Source: Patescibacteria group bacterium
GTDB taxonomy: Bacteria > Patescibacteriota > Microgenomatia > Levybacterales > UBA12049
Reading direction: 5' to 3'
Assembly (NCBI GenBank): GCA_038062115.1
Contig: JBBTXS010000004.1
Coordinates: 69,009 to 133,008, forward strand
Length of the DNA: 64,000 nt
Made by a program: the position numbers and the translations under genes. The notes beneath the pieces were generated by a model, which was not told the DNA's origin, ran no database searches, and saw only the letters and a list, made by a program, of their open reading frames with translations. Shown piece after piece: positions 53,585-62,509 of the stretch. Numbering within the stretch: position 1 is the first letter of the stretch; each line of letters starts with the position of its first letter.

Positions 53585-55518
53585 TGATAAAAGCGTCTCG
53601 AATCTTAAAAGACATTGACCTTTTTGATGCTGGAATAGTTTTGTTGGTTATTGCCTTTCTAGCTCTTACTATTTTGGGAGAACTAAGCGATAACATACGA
53701 ACATATAGCGTTCTCCTTGCCGCTGTAAGCTTTTGCTCGTTAACTTTAATAATTGTAAAACACCGAGCACTTGTATTCCCCCCAATTCCTTCTATATGTT
53801 TACTCCTATTTATTGGCTGGATGTTGGCTGGTAGTTTTTTTTCGAGCTACATCGGAGAAACTATTTGGGAGATTCTAAGAATTGCTTCTTATTTTGCACT
53901 TTTTCTTACAATTTACAATTTGATAAGAAAAAATAAATTAACACAGTCTTTTCTTCTTACATGCTTCGTAATTAGTGGGAGCATTTTACTTGTGAAAGAT
54001 CTTTACAATTTCTTTTCCTGGGGCGGATTATCCAACGGTAGTTATTTAGTTGGATCTTTTTATTGGCATAATCAAATGGCCGGTTTCATAGTTGTCTTAA
54101 TTCCTCTTCTTCTAAGTTTCTTTTTAGCAAGTCGAAATCTGTATTTTAAGTTTGTTTTACTTTCAATAATTTTTCTTTCACTCGTTGCAATAGTTTTTAC
54201 ATATTCTCGGGGTGGATGGATAAGTTTAGTCGCTTCCTTAATGCTTTTTTCTGTGATCTCCTTTAAAAAAATAAAATCTCATATAAAGCCGCTTTTTATA
54301 ATATTTGGGATCTTTACGATTGCTACATTTATAGTTCTTAAACCAGCAAACGTTGGTAAGAAAGCACAAAGTATAAGAACTGAACTATCCAATCAAACAA
54401 GAAGTGTAAGTGGAAATTTGCGAACAACAGTTTGGCAAAATACTTTTAAGATGGTCAAAGATAATCCAATTTTTGGGGTAGGGCCCGGGGCTTTTGGTGC
54501 AGCTTACAATAGATATCAAACTGTGCCGTGGTTGTACGCAAAGCATGTACACAACCATTATTTAGAGTTGGCTGCAGAACTTGGAATAATTGGATTCTTT
54601 CTATTTGCCGTAATTATCTTGAGTGCGCTTTTTGGAGTTTTGGCAGAAATAAAAGGATTTGGCGATGAGACAAGATACCCTTTGCTTTTGGGAGTAATTG
54701 CAGCTCTGTTTGGTTCGGCTTTACATGCGTTTATTGATATTGATTGGTCGCGAATCTCGCTTTATTCAATATTTTGGATATTGTTGGCTATTCTTTTTGC
54801 AAACTTAACAAAAAAAGAAAAAACGATTGATGTAATTGGAATAAAAAAACTTATATATTTATTTCCATTTGTCTTACTAGTTATATCAGCCATGCTATTG
54901 ATAAGCAACAGGAATTATGATATGGCGCAAAAAAATTTAGGCGATAATAATATATCTAAAGCAGAAAAAAATATAGTAAAAGCAATTACCCTAAACCCCT
55001 ACGACTCGACTTTGTATCTTCTTTATGGGCAAATAAAAGAAATTCAAAAAAAGCAAAATGATGCAAAAGCAATGTACTATAAGGCAGCTTCTCTTGCTTC
55101 TTATAATAGCGAACCTTATTATAGATTGGGAAATATAGAATTTGTAAATAAAAACCACAAACAGGCAAAAAAATTGTTCCTAAAAGCAATTGCGCTTGCG
55201 CCCTTTATCCACCCAAAACTGTATATTGCACTTTCTGATACCTATAATGAACTTGGAGAATTTAAAGAGTCGGAAAGGATTATTAGAAATGCTATAGAAA
55301 ATAAATTTTCCCTAAACGAATCGTTTCGCGGTTTTTCGTATATATACGGATACACTGGATTCAACAAGCATCTAGCCAATCTCTATCTAAGGCTTATAGC
55401 TATAGATATCAAAAATAAGAAAACAAAGGAAGCAAAAAGATTGTTAAACGTTGTTGCAAAAGATCTTGATCCCAAAAACCCCATGATCCCTATTTTTAAG
55501 ACTCTTGTGGTACAATAG
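53584..55518 (+). CDS. O-antigen ligase/polymerase-like (Wzy_C) membrane protein with C-terminal TPR repeats
   Basis: YSRGGWISL, HVHNHYLELAAELGIIGFFLF (Wzy_C signature region). The C-terminal ~200 aa are TPR-like (AEKNIVKAITLNPYDS, YYKAASLASYNSEPYYRLGN). GTG 53584 is preferred over the track start 53530. Confidence 0.7.
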   Translation: MIKASRILKDIDLFDAGIVLLVIAFLALTILGELSDNIRTYSVLLAAVSFCSLTLIIVKHRALVFPPIPSICLLLFIGWMLAGSFFSSYIGETIWEILRIASYFALFLTIYNLIRKNKLTQSFLLTCFVISGSILLVKDLYNFFSWGGLSNGSYLVGSFYWHNQMAGFIVVLIPLLLSFFLASRNLYFKFVLLSIIFLSLVAIVFTYSRGGWISLVASLMLFSVISFKKIKSHIKPLFIIFGIFTIATFIVLKPANVGKKAQSIRTELSNQTRSVSGNLRTTVWQNTFKMVKDNPIFGVGPGAFGAAYNRYQTVPWLYAKHVHNHYLELAAELGIIGFFLFAVIILSALFGVLAEIKGFGDETRYPLLLGVIAALFGSALHAFIDIDWSRISLYSIFWILLAILFANLTKKEKTIDVIGIKKLIYLFPFVLLVISAMLLISNRNYDMAQKNLGDNNISKAEKNIVKAITLNPYDSTLYLLYGQIKEIQKKQNDAKAMYYKAASLASYNSEPYYRLGNIEFVNKNHKQAKKLFLKAIALAPFIHPKLYIALSDTYNELGEFKESERIIRNAIENKFSLNESFRGFSYIYGYTGFNKHLANLYLRLIAIDIKNKKTKEAKRLLNVVAKDLDPKNPMIPIFKTLVVQ

Positions 55519-55528
55519 GTTCTTGGTT

Positions 55529-56296
55529 ATGACAGCAAGGAAGGCAATTTATCTAAAAGACTTAACGGTTGCATTTGTAGTTAAAGAGTTAAAATCAAAA
55601 TACAAATCAGCAACACTTGGCTTCCTTTGGATTCTGATAAATCCGCTTCTGCAGATGATAGTTCTAACTATTGTGTTTTCTATTTTTTTAAAAGTACCTG
55701 TCAAAAATTATCCTCTTTTTGTCTTCTCAGGACTGCTGCCATGGATGTTTTTTTCCCTAAGTCTTCAAAATGGAACATCTTCTCTTATTGCCAATAGAGA
55801 CTTGATTAAAAAGGTTAACTTTCCTCGCGAACTTTTACCCATCTCGTCAGTTCTTGCCCATCTTTCTACTTTTATCTTGGCAATGGTGCTATTGGCATTA
55901 TTTGTTGCGATAGTTTTTGGAGTAACGTTTAGTTTTTTTCTTCTTATTCCTATTGTTGTTTTAATGACGCTTCTTGCTATTGGCATTACTCTTTTGTTAT
56001 CAAGTTTTGATATTTATTATAGAGATGTGTCTTTTATTCTTCAGTCGGCACTTTTAGTTTGGTTTTACATCACTCCAATTCTCTACCCAACCGCACTTGT
56101 TCCAGAAAGTTTTTTGTTTTTATATAATCTAAATCCAATGGTTGGTATAATAACTGCATTTCAGGCAATTTTTTTAAATACAAATATGCCTGCGTGGAAC
56201 GTATTAACTATTTCGGTTTTTGAGACTAGCATATTATTGCTCGTAGGTTTTTTTGTATTTGCAAAACGTTCAAAATATTTTGCGGATTGGGTGTAA
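55529..56296 (+). CDS. wzm: ABC-2 type polysaccharide exporter permease
   Basis: KELKSKYKSATLGFLWILINPLLQM is the typical Wzm/TagG N-terminus, followed by 6 TM helices. ATG 55529 is preferred over TTG 55505. Confidence 0.8.
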   Translation: MTARKAIYLKDLTVAFVVKELKSKYKSATLGFLWILINPLLQMIVLTIVFSIFLKVPVKNYPLFVFSGLLPWMFFSLSLQNGTSSLIANRDLIKKVNFPRELLPISSVLAHLSTFILAMVLLALFVAIVFGVTFSFFLLIPIVVLMTLLAIGITLLLSSFDIYYRDVSFILQSALLVWFYITPILYPTALVPESFLFLYNLNPMVGIITAFQAIFLNTNMPAWNVLTISVFETSILLLVGFFVFAKRSKYFADWV

Positions 56297-56299
56297 AAG

Positions 56300-56746
56300 A
56301 TGAAGAAAAGAATTGTCTATCAAATTGATCAATCAGGGAAAATTGAACAGACGAGTCTAAATACAATAATTGCTCTAGTGAATAATATACGGTATGCGGT
56401 CGTCCTACCTAAACAAGTGAAACGCCTTCTTCAAAAGATCTTCCGTAACCAACAAAGACCAAGAATGTTCATTTACGATACTTTTGCCGCCTTAATTGTC
56501 TTAGTGTTTATAAAAACCAAACCAGTAGGTAAAGTTGTGATTGATAAAGAGTATGGAAATGAAGATCTAGTTAAAGCAAGAATTCTAGAGTTTATCAAGA
56601 TGCATAAAATACATTATAATCCTGATATTGAATTTGCCTTAGTTGGGAAATCATCCCAAGCACATATACATGCAGCGAAAATAGCTAATAAGAAAATCCC
56701 ACCCAACCTAGTTCTTGCTTTAGAAGATATTAGCGCTCTTTTATGA
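56300..56746 (+). CDS. hypothetical protein intercalated between wzm and wzt
   Basis: 148 aa, starts 3 nt after the wzm stop. IDQSGKIEQT near the N-terminus and one central hydrophobic segment. No family recognised. Confidence 0.45.
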   Translation: MKKRIVYQIDQSGKIEQTSLNTIIALVNNIRYAVVLPKQVKRLLQKIFRNQQRPRMFIYDTFAALIVLVFIKTKPVGKVVIDKEYGNEDLVKARILEFIKMHKIHYNPDIEFALVGKSSQAHIHAAKIANKKIPPNLVLALEDISALL

Positions 56747-56893
56747 CCAATAAAAAAGACCGGGTATTCTGCTATTAACAGAACCGAGGGCAACTTAACT
56801 CAGGACTGGTTACCTGGAGGTCGGAAGCCATCCCAGCCTTCTATATTTAGAACATATCACGAAAGAACTAAAAAGTCAATAAGATAGGTAAAA

Positions 56894-57011
56894 ATGTAAC
56901 ATTTTACAACCCTTGACATAAACTGTCATTCTGAACTTAGTTCAGAATCTCATTAGATGCTAAAATGAATTCAGCATGACAATTTGCGTCAGTAACGGTG
57001 AAATGTTACGT
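56894..57011. repeat. nested palindromic element: outer ~31-nt imperfect inverted repeat enclosing GTCATTCTGAACttaGTTCAGAATCTC + GATGCT..AGCATGAC (56925-56980)
   Basis: Read directly. Ends 11 nt before the wzt ATG. The track ORF 56989..57228 (-) is an artefact. Confidence 0.75.
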
Positions 57012-57022
57012 AAAAATTTGCT

Positions 57023-58246
57023 ATGTCCAATTCTATTATTTTAAACGATATTTCCAAAAAATACACTCTTGTCAAAGAGCGGCCGGTGCTTTTGAAAAAT
57101 CTTTTTCTGCCCCCAAAAAAAGAAGAAGTTTGGGCGTTAAAAAATGTTTCCTTAACCATTAAAAAAGGGGAGACGATTGGAATTGTTGGCGATAATGGAT
57201 CAGGAAAATCAACGCTTCTTAAAATCATTGCAGGAATAACTACTCCTACACAAGGAAATGTAAAAGTGAACGGTCGAGTTTCATCACTAATCGAACTCGG
57301 AGCAGGCTTTCACCCAGATCTTACAGGAAAAGAAAATGTATATTTAAACGGACAACTTTTAGGTTTTACCAAAAAAGAACTCGATAAAAAATATAATGAG
57401 ATAGTCGAGTTTACAGATATTGGAGAATATATCAACCAACCGATACGAACGTATTCATCAGGAATGGTTGTCCGTCTCGGCTTCTCAGTCGCCGTTCACC
57501 TCGATCCAGAAATTCTTCTTATTGATGAAGTACTTACTGTTGGGGATGAGGAGTTTCAGAGGAAGTGTATTAGAAAAATTAATATTCTAAGAAAAAATGG
57601 CAAAACAATAATTATGGTGTCTCATGATTTGTCACTGATAAAAATTCTTTGTTCAAAGATTGTTTGGCTTGAACACGGAAAATTTCTTCTTGTTGGTAAT
57701 TCCGAGAAAGTAATCCATTCGTACTTAGATAGACTGACAGAAAAAGAAGAAATAATTTTTTTAGATGAGTCTGCCAAAAAAAACTTATATAGAGGACAAA
57801 ACGACATAGTGTCAGGCAAAATTAAATTTGAAAAAGTAGTTTTACTTAATCAAAAAGGCCTAGAAACAAATAGCTTTGAATCGAATGAGAAAATTGTTAT
57901 AAGAGCAGCATTGAAAACAAATATGCCTATTAATAATCCTATCTTTGGTTTAATAGTGTACAGCGAGAGTGGAGATTATTTAGGTGGTACTAACTCAATC
58001 GCAGACAAAATTCTTGAGCGAATAAACGGTATTAGAGAAGTCGACTATATAATAGAAAGAATCTCGTTATTACCAGGAAAATATTTTCTTGATTTGGTGA
58101 TTAACGATAAAACTGGTAAGAAAATATATAATCGATACGGCAAGATATTACCGCTTTTTGTAAAGGGCTTAAAAAATAAGGATGGCTATCCAGTCTACTC
58201 TGGCCATATTCAAATACCTTGTAAATGGAAATACTATGAATCTTAA
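57023..58246 (+). CDS. wzt: polysaccharide ABC exporter ATPase with C-terminal Wzt-type carbohydrate-binding domain
   Basis: Walker A GDNGSGKST, signature YSSGM, Walker B LLIDEVLTVGD. An extra ~160-aa beta-rich C-terminal domain is present, as in Wzt of capped O-antigen systems. Confidence 0.85.
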   Translation: MSNSIILNDISKKYTLVKERPVLLKNLFLPPKKEEVWALKNVSLTIKKGETIGIVGDNGSGKSTLLKIIAGITTPTQGNVKVNGRVSSLIELGAGFHPDLTGKENVYLNGQLLGFTKKELDKKYNEIVEFTDIGEYINQPIRTYSSGMVVRLGFSVAVHLDPEILLIDEVLTVGDEEFQRKCIRKINILRKNGKTIIMVSHDLSLIKILCSKIVWLEHGKFLLVGNSEKVIHSYLDRLTEKEEIIFLDESAKKNLYRGQNDIVSGKIKFEKVVLLNQKGLETNSFESNEKIVIRAALKTNMPINNPIFGLIVYSESGDYLGGTNSIADKILERINGIREVDYIIERISLLPGKYFLDLVINDKTGKKIYNRYGKILPLFVKGLKNKDGYPVYSGHIQIPCKWKYYES

Positions 58247-59480
58247 GCCTACAGGTGTAATCTGGGCCGGACCAGTTTACAATATTGGAGGATACGGAAA
58301 CGTTTCAAGAAACTATATAAAAGGCCTTGTTAGGATTGGCGTTTCTGTTCGTATATTCAACTTAGATCGCGTAGATTTGGAGATTGGAAAAGACAATATA
58401 AAATTCCTAGATTCTCTTTCCAATACTTATGTTGGCACAAGACCAGTCTTAATCGTCCATTCCCTTCCTCCCCATTTTGATATAGTCAAAATACCAAAAG
58501 TTTACAAAAGAATTGGCTGCACTATATTTGAAACCAACAGGATACCTAAAGTATGGGTAAAACCATGCAATAGAATGGATGAGATTTGGGTACCCTCTCA
58601 TTTTAATCTCAAAACATTTTCTGATTCTGGAGTTAAAAAAGAAAAAATAAAGGTTATCCCATACGCAGTTGATACAAATATTTTTAATCCAAAGATAAAA
58701 CCTCTTCCGTTGCTAAGTCTTAAAAAATTTAAATTTTTGTATGTCTTCAACTATTCTTATCGAAAAGCTCCGGAGATTCTTCTTGAGGCATATCTTAAAG
58801 AGTTTAAGAAAGACGAAGATGTATGCCTTATGCTAAAATCTATCAATACCGACTATCCAAACTTAAAGTTCAATAAAAATCATATAAAAAAGATTATTAC
58901 TAAAATAAGAGGTTCTGGAAACAATTTGCCACAAGTTCATCTTATCGACTCTCCTTCATCTATTGACGAGCTTGCGTCCCTTTATAAAGCAATTGATTGC
59001 TATATATCTGTTGATAGGGCGAATGGTTGGGGTATGCCATGTATGGAGGCTATGGCTGTAGGCAAACCAGCCGCAACTGTAAATTGGAGCGGAAGTACGG
59101 AATTTATGAAAAAGAATAACAGTTTTCTTATATCCCCTAAAAGGCTAGTTGCGGTTGATAAAAAAACTTCAAAAATGCTTCCAATTTATAGTGGCCAAAA
59201 ATGGGCAGACATTGATATAAACAGTCTTAGAAAACTACTAAGATATATTTACCAAAATAAAGATAAAAGGATAGAAATTGCTAGAAATGGCTACAATACG
59301 ATTGTAAACAATTTTTCTATTGAAGCCATCGCGCAAATTACTGCGAGTCAACTAGGTTTCTCGCGTATAAAAATTTATAATAAATTTCTATATTTTATGA
59401 ATAGTCTTTTCGATATCAAACACAAGGGATTGAAAAGATTATTTTTAAGATTATATCGCCAGGTGGAGATAAAGGTATGA
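58236..59480 (+). CDS. glycosyltransferase, GT-B fold (GT4-like)
   Basis: VDRANGWGMPCMEAMAVGKPAATVNWSGSTEF corresponds to the GT4 E-x7-E region. Start trimmed from 58182 to ATG 58236. Confidence 0.55.
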   Translation: MNLKPTGVIWAGPVYNIGGYGNVSRNYIKGLVRIGVSVRIFNLDRVDLEIGKDNIKFLDSLSNTYVGTRPVLIVHSLPPHFDIVKIPKVYKRIGCTIFETNRIPKVWVKPCNRMDEIWVPSHFNLKTFSDSGVKKEKIKVIPYAVDTNIFNPKIKPLPLLSLKKFKFLYVFNYSYRKAPEILLEAYLKEFKKDEDVCLMLKSINTDYPNLKFNKNHIKKIITKIRGSGNNLPQVHLIDSPSSIDELASLYKAIDCYISVDRANGWGMPCMEAMAVGKPAATVNWSGSTEFMKKNNSFLISPKRLVAVDKKTSKMLPIYSGQKWADIDINSLRKLLRYIYQNKDKRIEIARNGYNTIVNNFSIEAIAQITASQLGFSRIKIYNKFLYFMNSLFDIKHKGLKRLFLRLYRQVEIKV

Positions 59481-60625
59481 CTATTGGAATCGATATTAGT
59501 GCTTTAACAATAAAGCGAACTGGGGTTGGTAATTATTCATTATCTGTGCTTGAGTCCCTTCTTTCTTTAGACGAGAAGAATAAGTATGTTCTTTTTGCTT
59601 TTGTCTTTTCGGGAGAATCGCTTATTAAGGAAAGTTCTTTAGTTAAATTTCCAAATGTTACAGTTAAGATATATCGAATGCACAGGGGGCTTTTAAGAAG
59701 ATTGTGGCATTTTATTCCATTTATTTCTGCGGACTTTTTTTATAAAGGAATCGACTTCTTGCATCTTTCGGATATATTTTATTTACCAACCAGAAGAATT
59801 CCAACTTTAGCAACCATATACGATGTAACACCTTCTCTTTTTCCCCATTATCATTATGCTCGCAATATTGAATTCCATAAGAGAAGGAACAAGTTTGTTG
59901 CCCAAAACTCTAAGCTAGTTATCACGCTTTCTCAAAATAGCAAAAAAGATATAAACAATGTTCTTGGTATACCAACCAGTAAAATCCGCGTTATTTCTGG
60001 AGGAATAAGTGATAAGTACTATCCTATCGAAAATAGAACAATTGTTCAGAAGGTTCTTAAAAAATACGATCTTAAAGACGGTGAATATTTTCTTTTTATA
60101 GGTACTATTGAACCGCGCAAAAACATAGAAGGATTTTTGGAAGCCTATGCTAAAATTCGAAATCAATTAAAATCTCCATTTAAAGTTGTAATAATAGGAG
60201 AAAAAGCGTGGGGGTGGGAAAATATACAAAAAAATATAGCGAGACTGAATCTTAAAAAAGATGTACTTGTTACAGGCTACATTTCTGATGATGACCTTGT
60301 TGATATTATAAATGGAGCAAAGCTTTTTATATACCCTTCGTTTTATGAAGGATTTGGATTGCCTGTTTTAGAAGCAATGGCTTGCGGTATTCCAGTTATT
60401 GGCTCCAACACTTCTTCGCTTCCAGAACTTATTGGAGACAGTGGATTTATGGTTGACCCCAACGACCACAATAAATTAGCATCTTATATGTTGCAAATAA
60501 CGTATGATGCCAAACTTTATGCAAAGCTCTCTAAAAAATCCTTGGAACGCGCTAAGTTATTTAGCTGGAAAAGTTCGGCTCAAAAAACACTTAAGGTCTA
60601 CGAAGAAATGAAAAAGTTTATATGA
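59477..60625 (+). CDS. glycosyltransferase family 4 (repeat-free paralog of 38270 and 47727)
   Basis: [63 protein letters not shown]. Confidence 0.85.
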   Translation: MTIGIDISALTIKRTGVGNYSLSVLESLLSLDEKNKYVLFAFVFSGESLIKESSLVKFPNVTVKIYRMHRGLLRRLWHFIPFISADFFYKGIDFLHLSDIFYLPTRRIPTLATIYDVTPSLFPHYHYARNIEFHKRRNKFVAQNSKLVITLSQNSKKDINNVLGIPTSKIRVISGGISDKYYPIENRTIVQKVLKKYDLKDGEYFLFIGTIEPRKNIEGFLEAYAKIRNQLKSPFKVVIIGEKAWGWENIQKNIARLNLKKDVLVTGYISDDDLVDIINGAKLFIYPSFYEGFGLPVLEAMACGIPVIGSNTSSLPELIGDSGFMVDPNDHNKLASYMLQITYDAKLYAKLSKKSLERAKLFSWKSSAQKTLKVYEEMKKFI

Positions 60626-61728
60626 AGGTATTGTTACAAGGAAGAATAGATTTACTAGAGCGTTTTGGCGGAGATACGACTTTAATAACAGATATTAAAA
60701 ACGCTTTCTCTCAACAAGAGGTTGATGCGAACCTTAATACGGATAAAATTGCCGACTTTGACAAATACGATTTAATCCACTTTTTTGGCATTATGAGAAT
60801 TAACGATTTATACCCATATTTTCTACAGGCAAAAAAGCAACATAAGAAAATTGTCGTCACTCCAATTTATGAGGACTTAAGCTATCTTGATAATTTTGGA
60901 AGGACTGGATGGGAAAAAATGGCAAAGATACTTCCGGGCGATCTAAAAGAATTTGTAAAAGGGCTTATACGAGGCGTTAAAGATTCTTCCCAACTAAAAT
61001 TGGCAGTTTTACAGCTTGTGATTCCGTACTCAAGGCAACAAAAAAATCTTCTTAAGTATTCAAACCGAATAATCTCTACCTCCCGCGGGGAAAGTATTCT
61101 ACTCCAAAATAAATTCTCGTTGCCAAAATCAAAATTTGATGTTATTCTGATTGGTATTGATAAAGAAAGTACAAAAGTAGATAAAAATGATTTTATTAAC
61201 AAATACAATTTAAGAAATTTTATTCTTAGCGTTGGACGCATTGAACCTAAAAAAAACCAACTCGGCCTTTTAGAAGCTCTTAAAAACGAGACTATTCCAC
61301 TCGTATTTATCGGGAGTCTTAGCGAATACCACTCATCTTACGGAAAACAGTTTTTAAAAACAGTTAGAAAATATTCTCACGTGTACTACTTAGGACAGTT
61401 GAATAGACAAATGCTTTTGTCTGCCTACGGTGCTGCAAAAGTCCATGTCCTCCCAAGCTGGTTTGAGGTGATGGGGATTACTAGTATGGAAGCAGCTATC
61501 AATGGCTGCAATGTAGTAACAACAGATAAAGGCTATACAAGGGAATATTTTAAGGATCTTGCATGGTATTGTAATCCACAAGATTCAGAGTCCATAAGAA
61601 GATCAGTTATTGAAGCATATTACCAACCGGTGAAAAAAGGGCTTAAAGAGTTAGTGGAAGAAAAATATACCTGGGATAAAATTGTCCCAAAAATTCTGGA
61701 AGTCTATAAAGATGCGTTAAAAAAATGA
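60622..61728 (+). CDS. glycosyltransferase family 4
   Basis: LSVGRIEPKKN, PSWFEVMGITSMEAAINGCNVVTT. Confidence 0.7.
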   Translation: MKVLLQGRIDLLERFGGDTTLITDIKNAFSQQEVDANLNTDKIADFDKYDLIHFFGIMRINDLYPYFLQAKKQHKKIVVTPIYEDLSYLDNFGRTGWEKMAKILPGDLKEFVKGLIRGVKDSSQLKLAVLQLVIPYSRQQKNLLKYSNRIISTSRGESILLQNKFSLPKSKFDVILIGIDKESTKVDKNDFINKYNLRNFILSVGRIEPKKNQLGLLEALKNETIPLVFIGSLSEYHSSYGKQFLKTVRKYSHVYYLGQLNRQMLLSAYGAAKVHVLPSWFEVMGITSMEAAINGCNVVTTDKGYTREYFKDLAWYCNPQDSESIRRSVIEAYYQPVKKGLKELVEEKYTWDKIVPKILEVYKDALKK

Positions 61729-61790
61729 AAATTCTTTTTGTCACCCCTCCTCCATATCTGCATAACGAGCTGCAAAGGAGTAATGTATAA
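61725..61790 (+). pseudogene. 21-codon remnant duplicating the 5' end of the GT4 gene at 62672
   Basis: MKILFVTPPPYLHNELQRSNV then a stop, compared with MKILFVIPPPYLPNRLHRNRSF at 62672. 33 of the first 37 nt are identical. It keeps the ATGA overlap with the upstream GT4. Confidence 0.6.
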
Positions 61791-61802
61791 TCAAAATAGA
61801 TT

Positions 61803-61808
61803 TATAAT
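61803..61808 (+). promoter_or_regulatory. TATAAT box 5 nt upstream of the DUF3800 start codon (leaderless configuration)
   Basis: TATAAT at 61803-61808, ATG at 61814, no SD. Confidence 0.3.
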
Positions 61809-61813
61809 GCATT

Positions 61814-62482
61814 ATGTACATCTATCTTGATGAAAGTGGCGATTTAAGAAGAAGTGATACTAAATATTTTGTTGTTGGAACGTATACTGTAGGTGATCCT
61901 AAACGTATAGCAAAGGCTTTTCGAAAATGGCAAAAAAGTAAATTTCCCAAGAAGTTAAAAGGTCAAACTGAGGTGAAATTTAATGACTCACATATCACCG
62001 ATAAACTACGACTTAAAACGATAAAATATTTAGCAAAACAGGATATTAGAATCTTTTATACATTCCTTAAATTAACAAATATTCCTGAAAAATACCGCAA
62101 AGAAGGAAAAGTATATGAAACAGGTCTCCTTTATACTGAGATTGTTGGATATACTCTGGAGTTATATTTGCCTCTTGCCGATAAAGATTTTCGAGTGTAT
62201 AGAGATCCACGAAGTTTAAAGGGAATACGTGTAGAAAAGTTTAATAAAATGGTAAAAGCACACCTTCTCCCTTTACTTCCTATAGATGTTTTATTTGAAA
62301 TTCAAGCTCCTGATTCGACAATTACACCTCTTATTCAAGTTGCTGATTGGGTAAGCGGAGCATTAGCAAGATACCATGAGGGAAAACTTTTAGGACAAGA
62401 GTTATACAATGGACTTAAAAAGAATATTATTCAAGAGAAAGAGCTCTTCTCAGATTATTGGATAAAGAAGTGGGAAAAATAA
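61814..62482 (+). CDS. DUF3800 family protein
   Basis: MYIYLDESGDL N-terminal motif and C-terminal DSTITPLIQVADWVSGAL motif are both characteristic of DUF3800. Confidence 0.7.
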   Translation: MYIYLDESGDLRRSDTKYFVVGTYTVGDPKRIAKAFRKWQKSKFPKKLKGQTEVKFNDSHITDKLRLKTIKYLAKQDIRIFYTFLKLTNIPEKYRKEGKVYETGLLYTEIVGYTLELYLPLADKDFRVYRDPRSLKGIRVEKFNKMVKAHLLPLLPIDVLFEIQAPDSTITPLIQVADWVSGALARYHEGKLLGQELYNGLKKNIIQEKELFSDYWIKKWEK

Positions 62483-62483
62483 A

Positions 62484-62509
62484 AAGAGGTCTGCATCCGC
62501 AGTCCTCTT
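62484..62509. terminator. GC-rich hairpin AAGAGGtCTGCatccGCAGtCCTCTT immediately after the DUF3800 stop
   Basis: Read directly. An A-run lies upstream and only a weak T-run downstream, so it is a better intrinsic terminator for the minus strand than for the plus strand. Confidence 0.3.

Noticed and set aside
56747-56893. GC-elevated non-coding stretch after ORF 56300, considered as a structured RNA homologous to the one after the DUF3800 gene
   Set aside because: Only short hairpins (for example GGTATTCTG-ctattaa-CAGAACC) could be drawn, and no convincing similarity to 62484-62590 was found. It is kept only as a note inside the wzm/wzt finding.
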